Origin: Octopus vulgaris
Taxonomy: Eukaryota
Direction: 5' to 3'
Assembly: GCA_951406725.2 (NCBI GenBank)
Contig: OX597815.1
Coordinates: forward strand, 45,632,001 to 45,696,000
Length of the DNA: 64,000 nt
The notes under the pieces were generated by a model. That model was not told the origin of the DNA. It made no database searches and saw only the letters and a list, made by a program, of their open reading frames with translations. Below, in pieces: positions 11,981 to 25,249 of this stretch (positions are counted from its first letter, which is position 1; every line of letters starts with the position of its first letter). The translations under genes were made by a program, and so were the position numbers.

Positions 11981-12660
11981 AGGCGCAAGCATGACTGTGT
12001 GGTAAGAAGCTTGCTTTTCAACTAGAGAGAGAAGCACTCCGTCGCTTACAACGACGAGGGTTCCGGTTGATCTGAATCAACGGAACAGCCTGCTCGTGAA
12101 ATTAATGTGTAAGTGGCTGAGCACTCCACAGACACGTGTACCCCTAACGTAGTTCTCGGGGATATTCAGCGTGACACAGAAAGTGACAAGGCCGGCCCTT
12201 TGAAATACAGGTACAACAGAAACAAGAAGTAAGAGTGAGAGAAAGTTGTGGCGAAAGAGTACAGCAGGGATCACCACCATCCCCTGCCGGAGCCTCATGG
12301 AGCTTTAGGTGTTTTCGCTCAATCAACACTCGGTCTGGGAATCGAAACCGCGATCCTATGACCGCGAGTCCGCTGCCCTAACCACTGGGCCATTGTGTCT
12401 CCAACTACATAGTTCCAGGTTCAGTCCCAATGTGTGACACCTTGTGAGTGGATTTGGTAGACAGAACTGAAAGACGCCTACTGTATGTGTGTGTGTATGT
12501 GTGTCTATGTTTGTCCCCGCAACACTGTTTGACAACCAGTGCTGGTGTCTTTATGTCCCTGTAACTTAGTGGTTTGGCAAAAGGGACTGATAGAATAAGT
12601 AACAGGCTTATAAAAAAAATAAGTACTGAGGTCCATATATTCGGCTTAAAATTCTTCAAG
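11981..12660 (+). mobile_element. SINE S1 split by an inserted S2 SINE
   Basis: Head at 11981-12023 resumes at about 12402, with caacta on both sides of the insert. Confidence 0.8.
12024..12402 (-). mobile_element. SINE S2
   Basis: Close copy of 10292-10669. Confidence 0.9.
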
Positions 12661-13495
12661 AGACTATTGACTGGTTCATTAACTAAGCCTTGTTAATTCA
12701 TAAAGTGCATGATGATGGTTATGAATTGATATTATTTGAAGATTTTGGTCAGGAATAGTAAAAAACAACAACACATGATTGACCAAGTACTTTTTGATAC
12801 ATACAGATATTCTGGAATTAAATCTTCCCCAGAACTAATTCAGCAATACTGAAAAATGGTCTACTATCAATGTCAGCAGAAGAGATATTAGCATTGTTTA
12901 ATTATTCTGTATGAGAACTTATCTTTTCTATCTAACTGAATACGAACTGCAAACCATAATTTTTTTATCAAATGTACGATTTATATATCTCTGTCAATTT
13001 CTATTTACTTTTTCTCTCAGTTCTTACTAAAAATGCTTTGCAAATATGATAATAATTGGAAATTAAACATTAAGCAATAGAAAAAGACTTCTATTTAATT
13101 ATATGTAAGAGAATAAATTTCCAGCAAGTCTTCTCTCCTTTGTTGGGAAAATAAACAACCAATCATAAATGAGCATAAAATTGTACCCATTAAGTTTTTA
13201 AATATCTTCCTAGTAAGTCAATCCTTGAATCAGCTACTCTCCAAAACACCATAAAGTTTATTTTAGTAAATATTTGTGGTTAAAAACTTTATCACAGACA
13301 CATGTAGATAGACAACATTCTGAATCTTGTCCGGGTGGACAATACAATATTCAAAGTGTTTGAACTGAAAACCCATGCAGTTTGTAGCCCAACACTACAT
13401 TTACAGATATAGAGATGCTATCAGTATGCATTACATGATAATGTACATGGATGAAATTGGAATTTAATTATTTCCAGTAAGAGATAACTAAAAAT

Positions 13496-13680
13496 TTTTC
13501 ACAAGAAAAATTACCTATGCAAGTAGGAAGTTAGTTATATTGACAATAATGTTTACACACAACAGGTGAATATGTATGTGTGTGTGTGTGTGTACACACA
13601 CACATACATATTCACTTGTTTATGTAGGCATTATTGTCAATATAACTTCCTATGTGAATAGATAATTTTCCCTGTGAAAA
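13496..13680. repeat. Long imperfect palindrome centred on (GT)n-(AC)n
   Basis: Arms of about 90 bp are reverse complements. Confidence 0.85.
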
Positions 13681-14540
13681 AAGAAATATATATATATATA
13701 ATCATCATTTTAAGGCCAACTTCTCCATGACTGTAAGAGTCAAACGGAATTTGGGGTAGATTTTCTAAGGCTGGATACCCTCACTTGTTTCCAGGCAAGG
13801 TAATATTTCCCCATGGCCAGACAGGCTTTTTAAAGAAGATTGGAAACAAAAGACATGACCTGTATGACAATGAAGATTGCTTTAGAACAATCACATGTCA
13901 AGACAAAGAGACACTAACACATATATATTTATATGATGGGTTTCTTTAAGTCTCCATTTGCCAAATACGCTCACAAAGCTTTGGTCAACCTGAGATTATA
14001 GAAGACAATTATTCAAGGTGCCATGTAATGGGACTGAACCCAAACCTATGTATTTGGAAAATTTCTTAACCACATAGTCATTTAATGCTAATTATAGCTA
14101 CTTTTAGAAGAAAAAGAACTCAAAACATATAGAGTATGTATTTTTTATAGTGATAATTGAAGGTACAATTTCTCACAACAACTAACCTGTTTCATCTCAG
14201 CAGAATCCAATGATTCTCCATTGAGATGACTATCTGGTCAGTCACTGTGAGGAATATGTTATCTAATTCCCTCAATTTTACACACACACACACACACACA
14301 CACCACTGCCGCTGCCACTACCATTCAATATCCATTTTCCTTTTGTGCATGGGTTGTTGGTTTGACAGGGATAGGCAAGCCATAGGACAGCACCAAGCTC
14401 TACTGGTTTTCATGGCTGGATGCTGTTCCTCACTTTACAGGGTGTACTGGGTGCTTTTTCTACCATGGCACCAACACCTGTACATTATATATATATATAT
14501 ATATATACTTTATTTAAAGCAGCAGAAAATTCAACAAAAT

Positions 14541-14578
14541 CTGTTACTCTGAGTTTCTCGTTGCCGTTCATCAGACAG
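14541..14578 (-). ncRNA. Minimal type-I hammerhead ribozyme motif (family HH-C)
   Basis: Reverse complement reads ctgt CTGATGA acg gcaa cga GAAAC tcaga GTA acag; one mismatch in stem II. Confidence 0.65.
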
Positions 14579-15421
14579 TTTTTGCTAGAATGGAACCGAT
14601 ATACCAATTCAATCCAGACTCTTACAAATGCTACACCTTTAAAAAATGGACTTGTTTGATTGGCCCTTTAGAAATAACGGTCAATCTTCGAGCGATATAT
14701 ATATACATATATTCTGAGATTGAAATGAACAATTCACTAATGGAACTTGTACTAAATAGTGATCACTGGTAAGTCTAAGTGCATTATAAATATCACCAGC
14801 CATGGTTTACTTACTTTCCTTCTAAAGAATGGTATCTAAATGTTTTTATCTGCACAAAATAGGCTACTTCTAGTAATGCTCAACATGAGATATCACATCT
14901 TAATACAATGTTTCTGATGGGAATTAAACCCCAAGAAGATTTTAACAAATAAATTAACTGTTAAGATTATACATAATGTTAAACTCATCTAAGTGCTAAT
15001 GAGAGATTTAAGGAAAATACTGAGATACATTGATGCTTTTGAACATAAGATGAATGTAGGCTTATTGTCAATTTCCAACAGACTGTTGAAAATCATGCCA
15101 TCTTGTTAAATGTGAATATTGCTAATACTTTTTATGCTAGCATGGAAAGCGGAAATTAAACGATGATGATGATGACTTTTTTAGAATGGTATCAGTCTTA
15201 CATAATCATATCCTTCTCTATAAGTTAAGAGTCAGTCTGCATATAAAAATATGATATTCAGTAAAATGTTACTAGTATAATTAAGAATTAAAAAATTCAC
15301 AGCATAATTACTTCAAGTTTATCTTAAGGCAACATCAAATACATGAGCATATGAATTTATATTAGCATGTGAGTGCACACATAGATGTATATGCATAATT
15401 TTATATGCATATTCTATTTTT

Positions 15422-15798
15422 TCTTTTACTTGTTTCAGTCATTTGACTGTAGCCATGCTGGAGCACCACTTTTAGTTGAACAAATCGACCCCAGGAGTCA
15501 TTCTTTGTAAGCCTAGTACTTATTCTATCAGTTTCTTAGACCGAACCCCTAAGCTATGGGGATGTAAACACACCAACAGCAGTTGTCAAGCAATGGCGAG
15601 GGGACAAACACAGACACACACAAACATATATACATAAAAATGGTGGGTTTCTTTCAGTTTTTGTCTACCAAATCCACTCACAAGGCTTTGGTCAGCTCAA
15701 GGCTATAGTAGGAGACACTGGCCCAAGGTGCCATGCAGTGGGACTGAACCCAGAACCATGTGGTTGGGAAGCTTCTTACCACACAGCCACACTGCACC
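15422..15798 (-). mobile_element. SINE S1
   Basis: Full-length diverged copy. Confidence 0.9.
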
Positions 15799-16032
15799 TA
15801 TGAGTAAATGGTTATCTTGGGTTAGAAAATACACTCTTCAAGGAACCAATGAAACTGCTAGGATGTATGAATAACGCAATATCAAATTGGTTAACTAAAT
15901 ATCCATAAATGGAGAGCTGTAATATGTGTGTGGGATATTTTATGACTTAATTAAAAACCAACTATTCAAGATCAATGAATGAATGGTAAGGATTCAGGAC
16001 TTTTTAAAGCAGTAGCTTATTAAACTAGTAAT

Positions 16033-16123
16033 TTTACCTGATGATGTTTCAGAGCTGTGTCAGTTTGGCAGTGACTTAATCTAAAACTGTGTATTGGAAC
16101 TGAAACAACTACATCGTAGGAGA
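16033..16123 (+). ncRNA. Degenerate hammerhead motif with long stem II
   Basis: CTGATGA at 16038, gtttca/tggaac and cagtttgg/ctaaaactg pairings, GAAAC at 16102, GTA at 16116; stems I and III imperfect. Confidence 0.4.
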
Positions 16124-16141
16124 ATCATTTTAATCATTTAA

Positions 16142-16348
16142 CCCTTTAGCATTTAAACCAGCCATATCAAGCAAAGTATTCAACCTGTTTTAGGTTCAAA
16201 CTAGCCAGATTCTACCTATCACACCTACTTTACAATGTCATTCTAAAAATATACAATCACATTACTGAAATCTCAAAGATACAAGATAACACATGATTAA
16301 TTCTAAGCAATGTATTACATTTGACAGAGTAATCTAAATGCTAAAGGT
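16142..16348 (+). mobile_element. TTAA-flanked MITE (piggyBac-type), family M1
   Basis: TTAA-CCCTTTAGCATT...AATGCTAAAGG(T)-TTAA. Confidence 0.85.
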
Positions 16349-16763
16349 TTAATACACCTCAATAGAGCTGTTGCCCATTATGAAATAGTTTAATTACACT
16401 TAAATGATGTGGTGGCCACAAGGAATTTCACTGCCTCCTTATCTAAAGGGCTGCATCACTTAATGATTGGATATTATTTTGTCCAAATAAGAAATACATG
16501 TGAAATGCTGTTTACTTTCATTTCATTAATAGCACACTGCTATCAATCTGCATTGATCAATGCTACAATGAAAATTTTTCTGTAAACCTAGACAAATTTG
16601 AAGGTGTTTTTAGTGGGTTTTTTTTTTTACTTTATTGGTTATATATTTTAAAACAGTGCTATATATGAATTAAATTTACCATTTTTTCTATAAAATTTAA
16701 AAGTGCAACATAACAGAATTAAAATATCATGCACTTAGATAAAAGCAAAAAGTATCCACTTAC

Positions 16764-16954
16764 CAAAAGAATGTGTTTGATCCCCAGTTCTGGTTTCCAG
16801 TCTTTCTTCAGCGTATTTACACATATCTCCCCATTATTTGCCACATTTGGATGAAATATTTTTGTCAAGAAAAATCCCTTAGGTGGTTCAGTTGGGAAGT
16901 TTTTTCCTAAAACTAGTTTCATTTTGAAAACACCTCCAGCATATGGAGTTCCGG
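16764..16954 (-). CDS. UBE2S: UBE2S coding exon with HPN motif and catalytic Cys ([10 protein letters not shown]...[21 protein letters not shown]...HILL)
   Basis: UBC core; Cys codon at 16821-16823. Acceptor ttttttatcag, donor gtaagt at 16763-16758; 191 nt, phase 1 to phase 0, in frame with the previous exon. Confidence 0.98.
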
Positions 16955-18626
16955 CTGATAAAAAAAAGTGCAAATATGTATATTTGAAGCTGTACATTAC
17001 AAAACCATTAAATTAAAATAATGTTTATAAAATATCACAATGAAATAGTAATCCCATTTTCATATCTAGGTAGAAAATATAATTTATTTGCTATACCTGA
17101 ATCTGCACAACCATCTAGCTCTGCATGTGTGTGTGTGTGTGTGTGGAGAGAGAGAGAGTGAGAATGTGTGTGTGTAGTGTGAATAGTTGAAGTATTTAAG
17201 GTTACTAATTACTAGTGAATAAAAGCAGACAAGAAAATTTAGGCAAGTTATATGATAGACATGTCTGAATGTGCAAGTCTAAAATCTGTCCAGACAGATG
17301 TGAGAAAAAGTTCAATAATCTGTAAGATCAAATGAGGAGGTGGCTAGACTAGTGGTTAGCATGCCAAATGCCACAGACCAGAAATAATAGCATTGTTACA
17401 GAGAAAATCATTCAGGATTGAGTCATATGGTGATGCTATATTGTACATTCAACAATGTTGGCATAGAAAATTTCCTATGTACAAACATAACTTGAAACTT
17501 CATATAAATTACACCAGAGGCAATTAAACAATAAATTATAAAATTTTTATACTACATAGATGTGACAAAGTTAAATTTGAGGAGGTATTTTTTACATTTC
17601 ATATTCTTTTTAAATGCATAAAATTCTCAGACATTGCATGAAAAACAATACCTAAGTTTAGTGTTAACACATTTAATAGGTTAACTAGAAATAAATATGC
17701 AATGAGGGAAAAAATCAATAGTAGTCAATGATTAACATAAATTTCATTTTTCTAGCAAGTGCAGGAGATACCTCCTGACATGTTTTGGAGTTATGATATA
17801 CTCAGCAAAGCATAGCATTCATTGTACTTGCAGAAATAAGGATTAAGTATCACTAAGTAAATGTACAAGATTATACATTGGTTGGCACAGGAAACTAGAA
17901 TTGGCTAGTGAATAAATAATTCAGAGATGTAATATAATGATATAAAAAAAGTTATTTAATTCATGAAGCACTAAATGGGAGGGAAAAAACCCTCCAATAT
18001 TATCTTTATTTTTTACTTGTTTCAGTCATTGGACTATGGTTATGTTAGGGTACTGCTTTGAAGGGTTTAATTGAACAAATCACCCCTAGTACTTACTTTT
18101 TTTAAGCTTAGTACTTATTCTCTCAGTCCTTTTGCTGAACCACTAAGTTACAAGGACATAAACAAAGCAACATTGATAAGCAGCAGGCTACTTTTAACTT
18201 ATGTCAACAAGGCTTTGGTAGGCCCAGCAAGGTACAACGCAGTGAGACTGAACCCAAAACCATGTGGTTGGGAGGCAAACTTCTTAACACAATGCTGAAA
18301 TCTACACTATGCTGATAAGGGTTATAATAACATAATAAGAAAATGAAATATCAACCATTGAAGAATATTGTTTTCTTTATCTTCACCCCATAATTATGGC
18401 TGATTAAGCCTTTTAGCGCACCCTCCAATAAATATGATAACATGGAGAGTTAACTATTAAATACAACAGTTCACTGACAACTTTGGCGTATTCACTGTTT
18501 GCAATGAAAATTTAGAAAAAAAAGATATAATTTTTAATCATATATCTAACCTAAAGCTACCATTAAACTGAATGAAATGTTTGCTGCTAATGTCCTGCAT
18601 TAAGAAAACCTTAAAATAATGTTTAA

Positions 18627-18842
18627 CCCTTTAGCATTTAAACTGGCCATATCTAGCCAAAATATTCTACCTGTTTTATGTTCAAAACTAGCCAGATCTG
18701 GCCTCTCATATCTGTCTTGCAATGTCATTCTACACATAATTACATCATTAAAATCTTAAAGATATGAGATAACGCAGATTAAATCAAAACAATGTGAATA
18801 AATAAGCATTATATTCGACAGGATAATCTGAATGCTAAAGGG
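18627..18842 (+). mobile_element. TTAA-flanked MITE, family M1
   Basis: Perfect 12-bp TIRs and TTAA on both sides. Confidence 0.9.
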
Positions 18843-19995
18843 TTAAATCTATGTAATAGTCATGTGCAGTCATTTTTAAATACATTAAGAGATTTTTAGG
18901 TTCACTGAATAAAACATTAGCAATTTTAAATAACAAAGATTTTCATGACTTTCTTGATGGCAAAGTTGTTAGCCCAGCAAACCATACTTATAAATCTTAC
19001 ATTATGTCATAATTTAATGAATATACACACATATAAATTCAGAAATTTCTTATTTTTAATCTAAGTTTTCAGACTCCTGTGTATGTATTTGTATATATAC
19101 GATACAACATGTGCAACCATTAATACAGGCACATTTTTTTTTTCTCTTTCCATCTGTTTTCTTTCCTCATTCCTTTATTTTCCCTGAACATTAAACTAAT
19201 ACATCCTGTTGTTTCCTCGCCTGCACCTGTCCATTGTTTTTTTGGCATCATATATATAATGTCAAAAGCATTTAGAAACTTCAAGACATGTGAAATAATT
19301 TGTTTTTAACAGTGGAACTTGAGGTAGATAGAAAACAATCGAAGGCTATTATTTATAGCTTTATCTACTTCAAGTTCATCATCATTTAACATCCTCCTTC
19401 CATGCCGGAATAGGTTGGATGGTTTGACAGAAGTTGGCCAAGCAGAAGCCTGCACCATACTTCTGTGTCTGTTTTGGCACATTATATATAAATCAATTAT
19501 AAGATAATCATAACATATTTTGATTATTTTATGACAAGAATATTTCATTTAAATTACTTTAATTGCTTAGGACAGCAGCCAATCTTGTTTGGTCAAAAAA
19601 AATTTTGAACTGGTGAGCAAGGAGCATATTAATGGCATTTTGTTATAACTACTTCATAAACATTAAGCCAAGATAGTATTCTATAGCCAAAAGTTTCAAA
19701 ATTTTTCTCTAAAATTTTCCAATTATTTTATAATTTAATGTACTTATGTTTATCAACGAGTTTAAAAGTAAACTAAATTGGATGTTTCAGAGCAAAGTTG
19801 TCATTTTAGACTTACAAACTGAATTAAGAAAAACAAATTTACTCATTTAAAAAAAATATTTAATCTCTCTGTAACTTGGAATACCTTTAAAATAGATGTG
19901 GAATACATAAAAACTAGAATTATTATTCTACATCACAATAATGTAATCAAGTAGATGAAATGTAAAAGAAAAATGAACAATAAAAATGTACATAC

Positions 19996-20143
19996 CAGGC
20001 CCTTCTATTCTAGCCTGTATATCTGTAATATCCTCTTCATTGGGGAAGACTTTTACTCCTTCAGGAGGGTTGCTGGATAAATCAGCAAGTTCCTTAGCAA
20101 CTTGACGGATAACTTGGGGAGACAAGTTTTCCACATTAGAACA
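19996..20143 (-). CDS. UBE2S: UBE2S coding exon ([19 protein letters not shown]...IQARIEGP)
   Basis: Translation matches the UBE2S N-terminus (SNVENL..., [16 protein letters not shown]). Acceptor ttttatcag at 20144-20146, donor gtatgt at 19995-19990; 148 nt, phase 0 to phase 1. Confidence 0.97.
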
Positions 20144-23100
20144 CTGATAAAAGAGAAAAAATATTATTAGCCAAAATAGTCACAAGTTAATAAATATTCA
20201 TGTTGTAAATTATCCTCTTCCATGATTCCTTTCATAAATATGAACTTAGATTTCATAAAGTGAGATAAATCAAGAGTTGTGCTATTCATTACAAATGTAA
20301 ATCAAATGGTTCTGCTTAAAAGTAAAAAAAGACAGTGGAATAGTTTTGCAGAAATGTCACAATTGCACTATGAGGAAATTAACATTTATAATGCACATTT
20401 TTTAATTTTATATAGAGGTATATTTTATGTAGAGGTATAAATTTAAAATGAAATTACTCTATAATTTTTTAAACCAAAACAAACCAAACTGAAGTGCAGA
20501 ACATTAATGAATCTCCTGTACTCAACCTTTCCTGGTTTGATAAACTTGACATTTTGCTTTCTGATTAAGCTTTTGATATTGATTCTTCTTTGCGCTACTT
20601 CTTTAAGGCCAGTCACATAGTTTTTATAAACCTGACATAATATCCTATTATTACTTTGCAGTGGGCAGCATGTAGTAGAAATAGCATAACAGAATTGTAA
20701 AACCTAAGTACAACACATGGAAAGACTAAAAGGAATATCAAGAAAGTAAGAAGATGAGTATCAGATTTATAAAGAAAGAAAAGATGAAAACTAAAAGTTC
20801 ATGATTTTGCATGAAGTGGAATGAAATAGTTTGGATTTCAAAATGGCAATCCACATGACCCAAGATGAGTGGGGAGAAGTATGTACAACTTAACATTAGT
20901 GCATTCACAGTCAATAACAGTGAAAAGAAAGGTATGAAGATGTTGTTATAAGATGTTCTGTTGAATATGGCAAATCTAAATGGAATCATCTGCAGAGCCA
21001 TGTACAAAAGAAATCTTTAGTAAAAATTGCCTTACAGATTGTTAGCAGTATACCCATCAGGGATAGTTGAAATTTTCTACTTATCAGGTCATGTAAATAC
21101 TATACTAATAACACACTAAACTATTCAGGTAATACAGAAAGGTGCAACCATAAATGACAAGTAAAAGAGTATCATCAGCTGTAATGCTCTTGCAAAGCTA
21201 CAAGGGATAAAGATGAACTGGTGAGGTTCGATTATAAACCTTCAAAAAAGATAAAACATGCCTTGAAAGTAGTTGAGAGAGAAATAGCAAAGTTATCATA
21301 TGCAGGATTGGATTTGATAAGATACTATATTTCTGTCAAGACAACTACAAGAAGTTCCTTGCTAAAAACTATCCACTCTATTTTTGTTAATCTGAAGAAA
21401 TCATTTTAACAATGTCATGCCCTCAACAGTTTGGTGTACATTAAGACTACATGTTGTAACAAGCAGAGGGTTGGCAGAAACAAATTGTGCAGAAGAAGGT
21501 GGGCTAAAACACAAAAGTTTAAGACTTGTCTCCGAGAACTTTTTGTTGTTAACATGTTAAAATCAATTAAATAACTGCAGGCAAAGATCAAAGTGTTATT
21601 CAATAACAGAGAATACATAAAAGTTATTTTGCTGGATATGTAGGAAGGAGTAGGTAAGAACTCAATCTTACAAAATAAAACAATAATTCTAGTTTTTTTA
21701 TAAGAGGCTCTTAAAAAAAATGTGTTATTTTTGGTAACTAGCAGAGAACCAAGATCTTTGATGTACAAGAGTACCTAGCATCAGTAGTACATGTAATATT
21801 GATACTTTATAAAATATAGAAGTAGATAACTTCTGTTTTATGGGTAATTTAATTAGTGCTGGAAATGTGATAGCAAATACTTAACTGCCAATGTAGGAAG
21901 TGGAATAAATATATGAAATTATTGACAACAAAAAGTTTCTCTGTGTGTGCAAAAGACAGTCTGAACAATCTGTAAGGCATATGATGATAATGCAAGGTAA
22001 AGTGTATCAAATGTAAAGGAGGTTGTGTAGATGATGGAAAGAAATGAGTCAGCTTATGATTTACTGGATGTGTAATGTTAACCTGCAGGACAGACAGAGC
22101 CACGTAAGCTAAGAAAATGGCTGGGCACTAAAGGCACCAGCTGATATATATGTAAGAGACATCATTTCAGTTATATGAACATGTGATGCAAATAGATAAG
22201 TGCTGATTGTAAAATGAACTATATAGCAAACATTAGAAAGTAATTACAACAGACGCAGACTGGAAGACTCAAGAAGAAGTGATGAAATGAAGTAGATTTG
22301 CTGGGTCTTACAGACAAAATGATGGAAGATTACTATAAGTGACAGTATTCTGTGCTGTGAACCCAACAAAATCATGTTGGCATGGCAACAATAAGACTAA
22401 CCTATGTTTAGCATTAAAAAAAAAATGCAAAGCAAAATTAATTGTAGAAAATAATGTTCAAAATTATTGCCAACTTCGACAACTTCAAACATTTCAAAGA
22501 TGATAATTCACATAACTAGAGAAGAGAAAAAAGCCCATCCTTATTATTACAAAGAGTGATTATAGAAACAAACAAAGGAAAAGAGGAATGCAAACAAATA
22601 TTCAATAACTGGTGTATGTAGGCTCATGACTGTTTATTTAGTGCAGGTGTGAACAGCATAATTAGCCAGCTGTATATGAATGATTAGTAGTGCTAATGTA
22701 AAAGTGTTGGTAGGTACCTGTGAATTAGCACAGGGTTAAAGAATTGACATGCTTGCCTCTGAATGTGAAAAGATCATTACTGAAGGAATTTTATCTGTAA
22801 TATTGGTTGTAAACAAGTATTTTGCTCTCAAAAAACATGTTTCTCCCATTTCCCTTCATAATTGCAAATCAACTATTTCAATCATAACTCTGGATAACCA
22901 TTCATGAAGTTAGAAGCCTGTCTGTTGTTCAGTAACAAATAGTTGTTTTTCTGTCTCCATAACTATCCTTTCTACATAGTCACATTATCTCAGACTTACA
23001 TTTTTGGATTTACTAAATTTCGTCATTTAGTTTATCTTATCTTTCAAACCTAGTTTGCAATTCATCTGTGTGTGTTGTTCTTATATTTTTTCCCCAGCTA

Positions 23101-24056
23101 TCACAGCCAAAGCAATAAATACCAGAGCAGTACCTTCATGTACATTTATATAGAATAAAATTTAATTTAGTTGAGTCTTATACACAATGCAAATTTCTTC
23201 AGATTCAAATATTCAAGTGATTTCATTTTTTCAATCACTGGTTTCAAACCACCAAACTACAACTGTCCAGAGGTAATACTTATATACTCAACAATATTTT
23301 TCTGTTGATATATTTCATACCATAAAACAATTATTCCAAATTACTTAAGTCATAATACTGTGATTTATTCAATCAATTCTATATAGAACATTTTTATATA
23401 TGGTAATATAAGGTTATTGTGTTGACATTATACAAAGCTATTTATCTGCCTCGATTAATCCATTCATCTTTTAAATCAATGGAAAATTGATAATTATTTC
23501 AACATAAAAAGGATTACATTGATATCCATATTTGTGGATTGGTCTGTGATCATATATGTAGAAAATAATCAAAGAATTAATCCATGATTATTGATTTCAT
23601 ATAGGAAGAAAATATCTTATTTCAATAAAAATCATCTATCCAAGAGTATACAAACAATTTAATTGACAGTAACTTCTAAACCATTCACCTTGTATTAATA
23701 TTATACATACACACACACATGGAAACCTGTGCAGCTTTAACTTTTCAGATTCAATCATGATTTTAGGAACATTGAAAAATACAACCAACTTTAAACATGT
23801 CCCAATCTGTACTGATTATAAAAAAGATTTCTTTAAAGAAATATACCTGGTCTCTAATAAATAAAAAAATTTTTTAAAATAAAAATACTGAGCTGAGGCA
23901 ATTGTTCATTTTTTCATGATTTCCCCTTAAAACATAGGAAGAAATAAATCAAAATAAGATTAAAAACAAAATAGTTTGAAAAAAAAAAACAAATCAAACA
24001 AACAAAATTACAGGTACACAAATCAGAATTATTTCTATGAGTAGAGTGACACTTAC

Positions 24057-24080
24057 CAACATAGGTTTGCAGGTGAACAT
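24057..24080 (-). CDS. UBE2S: Probable UBE2S first coding segment (MFTCKPML, or ML from 24062) within exon 24057-24217
   Basis: Consensus donor TTG|gtaagt in phase 0, matching the next exon. Two in-frame ATGs follow an in-frame TGA; acceptor aatatag at 24218-24220. Not confirmed by homology. Confidence 0.6.
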
Positions 24081-24720
24081 TGAGTGGATAGATGCTAAGC
24101 ATACAAGCGAGTATCAAGTTCTAAGAGGTGTAGATGGTAGGCAGGTCGGCCTCCACCATGCAAGGGTACACACTTCTATGATGTTGTTTCCACTGATTAG
24201 TTAATTGAAGTGGTTTCCTATATTATGTAAATAAACAAACATTCCTTTGTTTTAGTATTATATCAAATAAACATACAAAAAAGTTTAAAGCATTTGCAAA
24301 GAATACTTTTAATAAATATCACATATTAGTTATTATTGAAAAAAAATGGAAGAAAAAAGAAAAGAAAATATATCTTTGACAAATGAAAGAACTACAAAAA
24401 GTACACAAGTAATTGGATTTTTGAAAGATTTTAATTATGCCTTTACCGATACAGAGATAATCACAAATACCTTTTATGAAAAAAGTTCATAGCTATAAAC
24501 TGCTCTGAAATGTTTCCTATTGTAAGTCTTCTTATTTCAAACAATAGATTTTATCAGAATCTACAATACTAAAGTCACTATGGAATGTTTTAAAATATTT
24601 AAGACCATTTTGTCAGCTATGTTGTAGTATTCTGCTGGTGTAACTAAGGAAGGCTGTACTCAATAAACATACCATCACCCTTTCTGGATTGCCAATTATC
24701 ACTTTCTCTACTGTCAAACC

Positions 24721-25249
24721 CTGTGGTGGCTTGTGAATATGCAGCACCCCCTATTTCCACTAAATATTATCAATAACACTCAATATAATGAGTCCTTTTT
24801 TTTCTTCAATTTTTTTCTTTATACTTGTGCATTATATAATCCTTAAGCTTAACGTCAATAGCCATACCCTATTTTATGAAAAAAATACAAAATATAGAAC
24901 TGTGCGCTTCACACAAGGGAGAGAGAGCACTGCATGAACGACAGTGCCAGGTGAAAGTATTGTTTCTTTTTGACTCTGTGTGTGTTGTGCTTAAAAATAT
25001 GTTTATATTCTTGAATGTGATAAAGTGTAGAGCACATTTCCCCACCTTATTTTGTGATTTAAAAGGGAATATGCAACAGTGTTCAGTGAACAAATTAAAT
25101 ACACTACCCAGCAGTGGCTAAAATGTGAACCGATCAAGTTTATGTATAAATTATCATTTTATATGTTTGTTTCCTTTTACACAATATTAAAAAAGCTAAA
25201 AAATTTCTAAAGCAGCACTCCCACTAATTTTATCTATGAGTCACCACTG
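24721..25249. mobile_element. Non-autonomous hAT element
   Basis: TIRs ctgtggtggct / agtcaccactg; perfect 8-bp TSD gtcaaacc at 24713-24720 and 25250-25257. Confidence 0.85.

Noticed and set aside
24667-24680. Alternative ATG|gtatgt start exon for UBE2S
   Set aside because: Lies in degenerate repeat-like sequence next to a hAT insertion with no convincing acceptor; the 24057 donor is stronger. Not fully excluded.
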